Position numbers and translations under genes: made by a program. The notes under the pieces were generated by a model. That model was not told the origin of the DNA and made no database searches. It saw nothing but the letters and a program-made list of their open reading frames with translations. A stretch of 32,000 nucleotides of DNA from Nitrosotalea sp. (GTDB lineage: Archaea; Thermoproteota; Nitrososphaeria; Nitrososphaerales; Nitrosopumilaceae): NCBI GenBank assembly GCA_050749405.1, contig JBOGRD010000015.1, forward strand, positions 4,581 through 36,580, given 5' to 3'. This document shows, piece after piece, positions 14,075-26,489 of this stretch (the stretch's first letter is position 1; each line of letters begins with the position of its first letter).

Positions 14075-14345
14075 CAATGTTTTCAAGATGGATTAATTTT
14101 GAACAAACAAAAAAAATACTTGTGAACGATTAGTTTGCAACGGATTGTAAATGATTGCCATATTTATGATATGTTGCATTTGCAGAGTTTATGTCGTCTT
14201 TCCTACACTGAATTGACATAGTACACTTGACTTGTACGAATACTGGATGATGGTGCCAAGGCATAAAACTCATCTAATTTGGTTAATCTAGCCTTAATAG
14301 ATATCGTGCATATTATTATCATGATGGGATTTGAGGAATAGAGCC

Positions 14346-14528
14346 ATGTATTATGTAGGAATTGCAGTTGCTGGAGCGGCATTTTTGTTCCTTGTGTTCA
14401 GGGAGGCGATGAACCACGCCGCAGTTGGTGTTGTCGGAGGCATAGTAGCTGCTGGCGTAGTTGGCGGTTGCGTTATCATTGGATTTTCATCTGAGAAAAA
14501 AGAACAAGAAAAAACCAGTCGCGGTTAG
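14346..14528 (+). CDS. Small two-helix membrane protein
   Basis: ATG inside track ORF 14331..14528: MYYVGIAVAGAAFLFLVF...VGVVGGIVAAGVVGGCVIIGF, followed by an acidic/basic tail. Confidence 0.4.
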   Translation: MYYVGIAVAGAAFLFLVFREAMNHAAVGVVGGIVAAGVVGGCVIIGFSSEKKEQEKTSRG

Positions 14529-14582
14529 ATTGTAGATCCCAAGAAAAGACTAAGTTAAATAAAAAATGGTTCTCTAGTTCAA

Positions 14583-15260
14583 ATGTTGTCAGATTTTGCG
14601 TACATACCGCCCCAAGAAAAGTTCGAGTCTTCAAATATATTTAGATTCATGAAGAAATTTGGAATTAAAACATTAACAGAGTTGCTAGACAGATCAAGAT
14701 CTGACCTAGCCTGGTTCTGGGATGCTGTAAGCGACGATCTAGGCATTGTTTGGGATGAAAAATACAGCAAGGTATTTGATACAAGACTTGGAAAGCCGTG
14801 GCCCAAGTGGTTTGTAAACGGAAGAATCAACATATACAAGTCTTGCGTGGAAAAATTTCTAAAGGTACAGCCAGACAAGATAGCTTACATCTGTCTCTCA
14901 GAAGACAACTGTGAGCGTACTGTAACCTATGCTGAGCTTGACAAAGAGGTTTGTCAATTGGCAAATGCTCTAAAATCACTCGGTGTTGCAAAGGGTGATG
15001 TCGTTGCAATTTACATGCCCATGATTGCAGAAGCTGTATTTGCAATTTTGGCCTGTGCAAAAATTGGAGCCATTCATACAGTCATCTTCTCAGGGTTTAG
15101 TGCGGATTCCTTGAGGATTAGATTGCAAGATTGTAGTGCCAAGATTCTCTTTACAACAGACGGCTTTATCAGAAAAGGAAGACAGGTCTCACAGAAGAAG
15201 GTCGTAGAAAACTCATTGGTTGGGACCAAAGTATCACAAATGGTCAAAGGATTGCCATAA
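14583..15260 (+). pseudogene. Truncated AMP-forming acetyl/acyl-CoA synthetase (N-terminal ~225 codons only)
   Basis: Strong ACS-like N-terminal third: KPWPKWFVNGRINIYKSCVEKF...VTYAELDKEVCQLANALKSLGVAKGDVVAIYMPMIAEAVFAILACAKIGAIHTVIFSGFSADSLRIRLQDCSAKILFTTDG. The ORF stops before the (S/T)GTTGKPKG P-loop. Full-length family members are roughly three times longer. Transposase-derived repeats follow. Confidence 0.7.
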
Positions 15261-15349
15261 TACACATCATCCCATTGGAGTTCTATGGTCTACAACACAA
15301 TTTACTTGATATGATAAATTGTTTACTCTAAATCTCAAATAGACTTTGT

Positions 15350-15414
15350 GGAGTTCAGACCTGTAAGGATTCGAGTATATATCTGGATTCAGACCTATGA
15401 AAGTCAGCTTGCGT
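15350..15414. repeat. R1-related / transposase-derived fragments (two tandem units)
   Basis: GGAGTTCAGACCTGTAAGGATTCGAGT (15350-15376) and GGATTCAGACCTATGAAAGTCAGCTTGCGT (15385-15414). The second aligns with 19271-19300 (GGATGCAGATCTATGAAAGTCTACCTGCGT), the start of the transposase remnant. Confidence 0.6.
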
Positions 15415-15487
15415 TAAAAGTATCATCTATTGTAAGGGTAATTCTTGTTTTGTAGTAGAATGACATCCAAATGCTTTTCAATCAAAA

Positions 15488-16468
15488 ATGTCCTTCAGAT
15501 TCATGCTATCAAGCAAATGCATTCTTGTTATACTAGTGATTTTAATTCTAGGAGTAACAGAACTGCAAGCTTATGGTCAGTTTGGTGATGGGATTTTCAA
15601 TCCTGCTAAAAACGGTAATGGACCATTAGCCCTTTCTGTTTCTCACATGGCTTTGATAAAAGATACTAATGATACAATCGTGAAACTCAGATTATACAAT
15701 GCCAATACTAATCACACAATTCCGCATGTTACATATTTACTAGAAGTAACAAAACATGATAAAATGATCATGATAGATTGGTTTCACTCCCATAGTGGGG
15801 AGTTGACAATGCAAATAACTCCTACTACCACTCTTGGAAAGTGGGTAATTTTGGGAGACCAAGAACCATTTCTCGGCGGATGGATGCAAAAAGACAATAG
15901 TCCCTTACGTATTTACGCACCAATTTTTGAAAAAGGAATATACCATATACATACAGAAATTCTCACCATCTATAACGACAAAAATCTTTTTACCCTTGAT
16001 GAAACACCAAAATTTGATTCTTGGATAAACATGGGGTGCCCTGATGGTTTTGTATCTGTTACAAAATCAAGTGATCACAATGATGTTTGTGTAAAACCTT
16101 CTACAGTGCAGAAGCTTGTTGAACGTGGATGGGGTGTGCTAGTGGAACCAACTGTTAAATCAAACAAGATAATTCAATATGGAACACTTTCTGGTAATGT
16201 ATCTAGAACAGATTACATGCCATGCGTATTACCTTGTAGTAATAGAATTTACTACCCAAGCCCAAATTATGAGGTGGATGTTTTTACAAATGATGGAGTC
16301 ACACTTGTGGGAAAAACTTTCTCTGATGCTCATGCACATTATTCAATACAACTTCCAGCTGGAAATTATACAATCATCAGACATGAATCCATTAAACAGA
16401 ATTACACAGTTTCAGTATTTGCAGGTAAGAACACAGTCTTTAACATCATTTACGGCGATGCTGAATAG
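15488..16468 (+). CDS. Secreted hypothetical protein with C-terminal carboxypeptidase-regulatory-like beta-sandwich
   Basis: 326 aa. Signal peptide (ILVILVILILGVTELQAYG). The C-terminal YEVDVFTNDGVTLVGKTFSDAHAHYSIQLPAGNYTII pattern is typical of CarboxypepD_reg-like domains. Confidence 0.7.
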   Translation: MSFRFMLSSKCILVILVILILGVTELQAYGQFGDGIFNPAKNGNGPLALSVSHMALIKDTNDTIVKLRLYNANTNHTIPHVTYLLEVTKHDKMIMIDWFHSHSGELTMQITPTTTLGKWVILGDQEPFLGGWMQKDNSPLRIYAPIFEKGIYHIHTEILTIYNDKNLFTLDETPKFDSWINMGCPDGFVSVTKSSDHNDVCVKPSTVQKLVERGWGVLVEPTVKSNKIIQYGTLSGNVSRTDYMPCVLPCSNRIYYPSPNYEVDVFTNDGVTLVGKTFSDAHAHYSIQLPAGNYTIIRHESIKQNYTVSVFAGKNTVFNIIYGDAE

Positions 16469-16472
16469 CTAG

Positions 16473-16497
16473 ATCAACCGATAAGGTTAACAGTTCC
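16473..16497. repeat. Repeat R2, copy 2 (ATCAACCGATAAGGTTAACAGTTCC)
   Basis: Begins 5 nt after the stop of 15488..16468. The downstream ~75 nt run without a stop codon into the R1-related fragment at 16549. Confidence 0.7.
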
Positions 16498-16548
16498 CAA
16501 TATAATTATGCTTATTAAAAACCTGTACCGTATTGTCAAAATTCAATT

Positions 16549-16575
16549 GGATTCATACCTGCAAGGATTCGAGTC
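16549..16575. repeat. R1-related fragment (GGATTCATACCTGCAAGGATTCGAGTC)
   Basis: Aligns with 15350-15376 and, with a gap, with copy c. Confidence 0.6.
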
Positions 16576-16647
16576 AATACATAATTCGAGTCTTAAATTA
16601 TGAATGATTCTATTTCATTGAATCATTTTGAGAGAACAAAATCTAGA

Positions 16648-17751
16648 TCATGGAAGTGAAGGTGGAGTTGTTGCTCCAACCGGTGTTGCAGACGCGGTAT
16701 TAGACGGTTCACTTGTTCCAACTGAATTAATTGCCGAGACACGGTAGGTGTAGGTTGTCAGTGGAAGTACATTTGTGTCTGAATAAGTGGTTCCAGTTTT
16801 GCCAGTGTTTGCAACAAGAGTTGACCACGTATTTCCATTGTCAGTTGATCTCTCAATCATGTATCCTGTTATTGGAGTACCACCATTATCGCTTGGTGCA
16901 TTCCAGCTTAGATTGATTTGTAAAAGATTAGCTGTTGCAGTCAATCCGGTTGGAGGTGTTGGTACTACATTGAATGTAGTTGCGGTTGCAGTGTTAGATG
17001 GAGAGCTTGTTCCAACCGAGTTTATTGCAGATACTCTGTATGTGTATGTGGTACTGTGTACAAGTCCTGTATCAGAATATGTTGTTCCAGCAGAACCAGT
17101 ATTAGCTACAATTGTAGTCCAGGTCGTTCCACCATTGGTTGACTTTTCAATCATGTAACCTATGATGGAAGACCCGCCATTGTTTGAAGGTGCAATCCAT
17201 GATAAAGCAACTTGGGCATTACCAGCTGTTGCCCGTAGATTTTGTGGGGCAGATGGTGGCAGATACGGATTTTTCCAATATACATTAAATGTAATTCCAT
17301 TTGTTGTAAACCAATAATACTTGTAGTTTACGTTTGTAGCAGGATTATATGTACCTGGGAAGCCAACGTTTTCACTAAAAGTAAGGTTTTGATTAGGACC
17401 TGCACCAGAACATTGACTTTGGTCATATCCAAGTGTATTGTCGTAAGTCCAAATTTGCCCAGGCTGGGTATTGCCTTGACTACTCTGGTTTGCAACCTTA
17501 ACATTAACTGTCAAGGAGAATGTCTGGTTATTTAGCATCTGAAAGGATACATTGTTTTTCAGCGGATAGTAAGATTGGTTTCCAGCAATTATTGTAGCAT
17601 TGGTAATGTATGCGTTATATTGGTTGGTACAAGATGGCGGACCCATTGCAAATGCATTGTGTGAAATCATGCCAATTGATATTAGGAACAGTGAAGCAAA
17701 AATAAGTATCAGCCAATGATTCCTGCCATTGCTACTTTTCAGTAGATACAA
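16648..17751 (-). CDS. Secreted protein: variable N-domain plus two fibronectin type III domains (tandem paralog 1)
   Basis: 367 aa. Signal peptide ending AFA. Two FN3 repeats (PSAPQNLRATAGNAQVALSWIAPSNNGGSSIIGYMIEKSTNGGTTW...YTYRVSAINSVGTS). TTG start. Confidence 0.85.
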   Translation of the reverse strand: MYLLKSSNGRNHWLILIFASLFLISIGMISHNAFAMGPPSCTNQYNAYITNATIIAGNQSYYPLKNNVSFQMLNNQTFSLTVNVKVANQSSQGNTQPGQIWTYDNTLGYDQSQCSGAGPNQNLTFSENVGFPGTYNPATNVNYKYYWFTTNGITFNVYWKNPYLPPSAPQNLRATAGNAQVALSWIAPSNNGGSSIIGYMIEKSTNGGTTWTTIVANTGSAGTTYSDTGLVHSTTYTYRVSAINSVGTSSPSNTATATTFNVVPTPPTGLTATANLLQINLSWNAPSDNGGTPITGYMIERSTDNGNTWSTLVANTGKTGTTYSDTNVLPLTTYTYRVSAINSVGTSEPSNTASATPVGATTPPSLP

Positions 17752-17927
17752 TGTATGTATTCTAAACTCAATATATATCTCGATATACTAATAATCGCCT
17801 ATAAGATCAATACAGATAATTTCATAATGTTTAGCCAACTGCAAAACAGTGGTTTAAACAGTTTTTTCGAATAACCAACCAAAAATACTTTCTAAAGATA
17901 CTTTTTTGTATTTAGGGAAGACTCAGT

Positions 17928-19067
17928 CTAGGGAAGCGATGACTGCGTTATTGGACCAACGGAAGTTGTGGCTGATGCAATATTCGATGGGGAGCTTGTT
18001 CCAACATCATTGATTGCCGAGACACGGTAGGTGTAGGTTGTAAGTGGAAGTACATTCGTATCAGAATATGTAGTAATTGTACTGCCGGTATTGGTCACAA
18101 GTGTACTCCAAGTAGTACCACCATCAGTTGACCTTTCTATCATGTAACCTGTAATCAGAGTTCCACCGTTGTCACTTGGTGCATTCCAGCTTAGATTGAT
18201 TTGTAAAAGATTAGTTGTTGCAGTCAAACCTGTTGGCGGTGTTGGCACTGTATCAAATGTTCTTGCTGATGCGGTATTGGATGGAAAGCTGGTGCCTATC
18301 GAGTTTATTGCAGAGACTCTATACGTGTAGGTAGTGCTGTGTACAAGTCCAGTATCTGAATAGGTAGTAGAAGTGGATTCGGTGTTAGCAACAACAGTAG
18401 ACCAAGTTGTACCATTGTCTATAGATCTCTCTATCATGTAACCTGTAATTGCAGAACCACCGTTATTTGCAGGAGCTGTCCATGATAGATTGATTTGCGA
18501 TGATGATGTTGCGGTAGCAGAAAGATTTGTTGGTATTCCAGAAGGAGTTATAAACTGAACATTGTATGTTATGTGACCGCCAGGATAAAACCAACTGTAA
18601 AAGTTAACAGATTGTAAATACCCTGGATATGATGGTGTGTTTGGGTTATAAGGCAGATTCCTAGAAACAGTCACGTTTTGGTTAGGACCTACAGTGGTGG
18701 TTGTTCGGTCCGGAATGCAGTGACCATTACCATAAAACCATACATCATCATCGTACCACGTGGTACCGTTAAGTGTATTGCCCTGAGAACTTGTGCTTGG
18801 TGTGTGTATGACAAATTTTACACTATAACTACTGCCAAAATTCACATCAAACGTTACACCCGGATTTGCTATCGCATCAAATGTTTGACTCCCGTTGTTA
18901 ATTATGAAAGACGTTATTGGCCCATCATATCTATTAGTACATGTTCCCGGTGCATCACCCATTGCAAATGCATTGTGTGCAAACATACCAGATAATACTA
19001 AGAATAATGATGCAAAAACAAGTATTAGCCAATGATTCCTGCCATTGCTACTTTTCAGTAGATTCAA
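17928..19067 (-). CDS. Secreted protein: variable N-domain plus two fibronectin type III domains (tandem paralog 2)
   Basis: 379 aa. The N-terminus is near-identical to paralog 1 (LLKSSNGRNHWLIL.FASLFL), and the two FN3 repeats are highly similar at the nucleotide level. TTG start. Confidence 0.85.
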   Translation of the reverse strand: MNLLKSSNGRNHWLILVFASLFLVLSGMFAHNAFAMGDAPGTCTNRYDGPITSFIINNGSQTFDAIANPGVTFDVNFGSSYSVKFVIHTPSTSSQGNTLNGTTWYDDDVWFYGNGHCIPDRTTTTVGPNQNVTVSRNLPYNPNTPSYPGYLQSVNFYSWFYPGGHITYNVQFITPSGIPTNLSATATSSSQINLSWTAPANNGGSAITGYMIERSIDNGTTWSTVVANTESTSTTYSDTGLVHSTTYTYRVSAINSIGTSFPSNTASARTFDTVPTPPTGLTATTNLLQINLSWNAPSDNGGTLITGYMIERSTDGGTTWSTLVTNTGSTITTYSDTNVLPLTTYTYRVSAINDVGTSSPSNIASATTSVGPITQSSLP

Positions 19068-19270
19068 TGTATGTATTCCAAGCTCAATACATATCTCACT
19101 ATGTTAAGAATTTCCTATAAGATCAGTACAGAAGTTTTGTAGAATTCAACTTTGCCAACAAATCACACTTTCCGTTATAACGAGAATTGGGAACTTTTTA
19201 TACGTAATTTAGGGGGATTCCATTTTTACTCTTTATCAACGAACTCGTTTGCTTTTAATTCAATTAGTTT

Positions 19271-19426
19271 GGATGCAGATCTATGAAAGTCTACCTGCGT
19301 CAAATGGATCATAACTACATTCGACCACACATGACTTTAGACGATCAATCTTCTGCGGAAAAATGCGGAATTAAGATTGAAGGTGATGACAAATGGATAA
19401 CATTAGTTCAAAATGCTAGTAAAAAA
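19271..19426 (+). mobile_element. Remnant of the 3' end of a DDE (rve/IS6-like) transposase gene
   Basis: GCRSMKVYLRQMDHNYIRPHMTLDDQSSAEKCGIKIEGDDKWITLVQNASKK matches the conserved C-terminus of integrase-core transposases (YN.IRPH..L...TPAE..GI....NKW..LI). The upstream part is missing or frameshifted. Confidence 0.6.
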
Positions 19427-19471
19427 TATCAACTCAACACCTTCATTAATCTTATATTGCTTCGTTTTTTC

Positions 19472-19678
19472 ATGCTTAATTTAAGAACAGACTTAATTGC
19501 AAGAGTTTGTATTATTACGTCCATTTACTCCATAATTTCCTACTTTGTGATACAGAAGAACTACTCACAAGATCAATTAGCAATGGGTGTTCCAATGCTC
19601 TTTGTTATGTTTGGAATAGTGATACTGATCAGTATTCTGTATGACCTCAGAAGATATCATGTGACAAGTTCCAAATGA
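19472..19678 (+). CDS. Small two-helix membrane protein (paralog 1)
   Basis: ATG inside track ORF 19283..19678: MLNLRTDLIARVCIITSIYSIISYFVIQKN...GVPMLFVMFGIVILISILYDL. Paralogous to 19986..20177. Confidence 0.45.
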   Translation: MLNLRTDLIARVCIITSIYSIISYFVIQKNYSQDQLAMGVPMLFVMFGIVILISILYDLRRYHVTSSK

Positions 19679-19704
19679 TAACGCCCGACGACTTTTGACA
19701 GTGA

Positions 19705-19818
19705 GAATATCCGACATCAATGATACCGAACCCACCTGCCAAAGCCTGCGGGGTCAAGATTGAAGGTGATAATAAATGGCTAACACTCATACAAAACGCA
19801 AGTAGGAGAGAAGCTTAA
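19705..19818 (+). mobile_element. Second remnant of a transposase 3' end
   Basis: IPNPPAKACGVKIEGDNKWLTLIQNASRREA followed by a stop. Homologous to the 19271..19426 remnant. No upstream catalytic domain. Confidence 0.55.
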
Positions 19819-19985
19819 CATACATCAATGTCCTTTATGCCGTATCAGGATGGATCTTGATTATGATTATCCGTTCAAGTATTTTTGGTGTGATGATTGT
19901 AGGATCAAAGTTACTAGATACTTGACTAGATAAAACACTATTGATGATAAGTGTAATTCATTAACCTAAGGACTATCACATCCTT

Positions 19986-20177
19986 ATGCCGGATTTAAGT
20001 CAGAGTCTTATTGTAAGAGTTGTTATTACTACAGCGATCCTCTCAATAATTTCCTACTTTGTGATTCGGAAGAATGTAGTATCACCAGACCGATTAAAAT
20101 GGGCTATTCCAGCCCTCTTTGTTGTCTTTGGAATCTCGATACTAATCCAAATTCTGTATGTCCTCAGCACAAAATAA
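19986..20177 (+). CDS. Small two-helix membrane protein (paralog 2)
   Basis: 63 aa: LIVRVVITTAILSIISYFVIRKN...AIPALFVVFGISILIQILYVL. Matches paralog 1 helix for helix. Confidence 0.5.
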   Translation: MPDLSQSLIVRVVITTAILSIISYFVIRKNVVSPDRLKWAIPALFVVFGISILIQILYVLSTK

Positions 20178-20249
20178 GGTTCTGTATAGTTAACAGTCAA
20201 CGTAAGATCAATTTTAAAATTCTGAGTTTTAGGATTGCCACTTGGTTTG

Positions 20250-20505
20250 TCAAGATGATGTGGGATTCTCTCTAATGGGGTTCCGATCTGCTGTGCGGTT
20301 TGAACCTCGACCCACAAGAAACATGCCTCCGCCAACTAGTATTACGCCGAAAAGCGCTAGACCGCTGGCAATTGGAAACCCAAGCTTAAAACAGTTGGGC
20401 CCACCAAGGCGAGCCGCAAAGAAAAGTGCTCAGCCCTAAGATAAAAAGCACCCATCCAACCAAAGCCAAAGAACCGCCCACGTAACGACCGTATGGATAC
20501 TCCAT
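20250..20505 (-). pseudogene. Possible frameshifted small membrane protein gene in a GC-richer patch
   Basis: Frame 1 gives MEYPYGRYVGGSLALVGWVLFILGLSTFL... and stops at 20386. A second frame continues with the membrane-like LGFPIASGLALFGVILVGGGMFLVGRGS... to a stop at 20250. The frames would join near a CTTTTCTTTG run. Confidence 0.3.
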
Positions 20506-20729
20506 CGTTATTCGCACCCATAAGCTCCTATGCTTTAGATTTATAGATATTTGAACTGTAGGCTCAGTCATAATAGGAATGTCTGTCTTAACCTATTATG
20601 GCAAAGTCAGTACTAATTCTATGATATTGCTATACTTTATTTTTCCAAGCAACAGCTTGAGGCTGGGCTGATGCAGTTAAATGAAAACGGCTTTTTGGTC
20701 AATAACGAAATCTCTTGTTAAATTAGTAA

Positions 20730-21077
20730 TTAGCTATACATCAGTATTCCGGCAATAACAAAAAGGTTTACCACCTCCCAAAGGATGAAGCTTACTACAA
20801 TGGATTTTTCTTTGTGCGCCATGCCGTAGAAAATCCATGGCAGGGTGACGACAAACATCATAATCCACGAGGTGAGAGAAACGCCGCTTGCGTTTTTGGT
20901 GCTGAAAATTTCGTAAACCTGCGGAAGTACCGTAAACGGCCCGACAACGCCGGCAAAGAATGTGATGCGGTCAAGAAAATGCACATAGCGAGGGCTTGAT
21001 TTGGCCGGCACGCTTTGCTTGCCCAGCGCCTCTTTCAGCCGCCGCTCGATTTTGTGTTTAAACCCAAGAAAATGCAT
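20730..21077 (-). CDS. SemiSWEET / PQ-loop family small transporter
   Basis: 115 aa with three helices. TVLPQVYEIFSTKNASGVSLTSWIMMFVVTLPWIFYG is the PQ-loop pattern (PQ...k..s..G.S......W..YG). Visibly GC-richer than neighbouring genes. Confidence 0.75.
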   Translation of the reverse strand: MHFLGFKHKIERRLKEALGKQSVPAKSSPRYVHFLDRITFFAGVVGPFTVLPQVYEIFSTKNASGVSLTSWIMMFVVTLPWIFYGMAHKEKSIVVSFILWEVVNLFVIAGILMYS

Positions 21078-21317
21078 ATCCTTACTGTATCAGTTTGCTC
21101 CTTCACTGTATTTACGCCTTTAGAATTAAAATGCCTGATATGGGATTTATGCTAAACTTTGAGAGATTTGAAAACAATAGTTAGAATAAAACAGATTTCA
21201 TTTTATTTGAAGATGTCATAAGGTGAATCGTCCAAGATTCTGTTTTCTCAAATACAGAAGAAATAAGAAAAATAATTTTACGTATACAGCAAGACAATGT
21301 TTCCACAAACCACAAAA

Positions 21318-21476
21318 TTACTTTTCATCATCATAAAACTCAGGCCGAATCCTGCTTCCATACAAGGCGGTGTCCTTGGCCTCCCTTCTTCTTTTTATCC
21401 ACAGATGAATTCCGCCAAATGTCATTGCTCCCAGAAGAATCATTCCAGGAATTATCCACATCACACCAAGTGCCAT
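21318..21476 (-). CDS. Small single-helix membrane protein, 52 aa (below ORF-track cut-off)
   Basis: Hand translation: MALGVMWIIPGMILLGAMTFGGIHLWIKRRREAKDTALYGSRIRPEFYDDEK. One hydrophobic helix followed by a charged tail. Confidence 0.35.
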   Translation of the reverse strand: MALGVMWIIPGMILLGAMTFGGIHLWIKRRREAKDTALYGSRIRPEFYDDEK

Positions 21477-21600
21477 GATATATCGATACCATGATATGAT
21501 AAAAAGTTCCTGAAAAACACATTCCAGAATAATCGTGTACAGTTTCCACTGGATGCAAAAATTTCAAATAAGTATAGAAAAAATGACGTAGTAAAATCGT

Positions 21601-21629
21601 CGCGTATAGTCTCTATGTATGTGACTGAA
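21601..21629 (-). other. 23S 3' trailer half of the processing helix
   Basis: The reverse complement of 21601-21632 (CAGTTCAGTCACATACATAGAGACTATACGCG) pairs with 24630-24660 (TTCAGTCACATA / internal loop / GACTATACACG). This resembles an archaeal bulge-helix-bulge type processing stem. Confidence 0.6.
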
Positions 21630-24628
<2,999 letters not shown>

Positions 24629-24773
24629 ATTCAGTCACATATTACACGACTATACACGACGATCATCGCTAGTGCCGGGTCTCGACTACCAGCTACGTCC
24701 TTCACCGGATAGTTTCCTATCCAGTTGCATCTTTTGTGAAGAAAGTGTGTGAACCCACACAACCCAATTTTCT
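24629..24773 (-). other. 16S-23S internal transcribed spacer, no tRNA
   Basis: About 145 nt. It is occupied by the 23S 5' stem half (24630-24660) and the 16S 3' stem half (24738-24758). No cloverleaf-compatible sequence was seen. Confidence 0.7.
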
Positions 24774-26245
<1,472 letters not shown>

Positions 26246-26337
26246 GTTTAATCGGTACTTTATTTCAAGTACCTTGTCGAAGTACGACTTTTAATCACAC
26301 ATTATATTGGGAATTGGTGGATTCACACACTTTCTTC
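26246..26337 (-). other. 16S 5' leader including processing-helix half
   Basis: 26317-26337 (GTGGATTCACACACTTTCTTC) is the near-perfect reverse complement of 24738-24758 (GAAGAAAGTGTGTGAACCCAC). This gives a ~21-bp helix enclosing the 16S. Confidence 0.65.
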
Positions 26338-26481
26338 AAATTTCAGATAAAACCGTTAGGTCATACCCACATCTTGTATGCGTAACTGGAGGCCTGTGAA
26401 TCATACGATGGTACAATACCAAGTTGTCATCACAAGCGCCGCCTTGCTGTTACGTATGCAAAGAGGAGATCAAAACGAAAT

Positions 26482-26489
26482 AATATAAA
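26482..26489 (-). promoter_or_regulatory. Candidate TATA box of the rRNA operon promoter
   Basis: The minus strand reads GAAGGGTTTATATTATTTCG. TTTATATT is preceded by a purine-rich BRE-like stretch, about 145 nt upstream of the leader stem. Position only, no experimental support. Confidence 0.3.

Noticed and set aside
16731-18995. Plus-strand ORFs inside the FN3 genes (16731..16916, 16787..17158, 17242..17535, 18678..18995)
   Set aside because: They are antisense to strongly supported FN3-domain genes. Their Cys/Val/Ile-rich products have no domain features.
19283-19678. 131-aa ORF treated as one gene
   Set aside because: It is a chimera. The first ~48 codons are a transposase C-terminal remnant, and the last 68 codons (from ATG 19472) are a small membrane protein with its own paralog at 19986..20177.
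20240-20570. GC-rich ~330-nt stretch considered as a structured ncRNA (SRP RNA or RNase P RNA)
   Set aside because: Neither strand shows the conserved RNase P blocks (GAGGAAAGTCC, ACAGAAnCCGGCTTA) or an SRP helix-8-like motif. The sequence translates into membrane-helix-like peptide in two frames, so a decayed CDS is the better reading.
24629-24773. tRNA (e.g. tRNA-Ala) in the 16S-23S spacer
   Set aside because: The spacer is fully accounted for by the two processing-helix halves and has no T-loop or acceptor-stem pattern.
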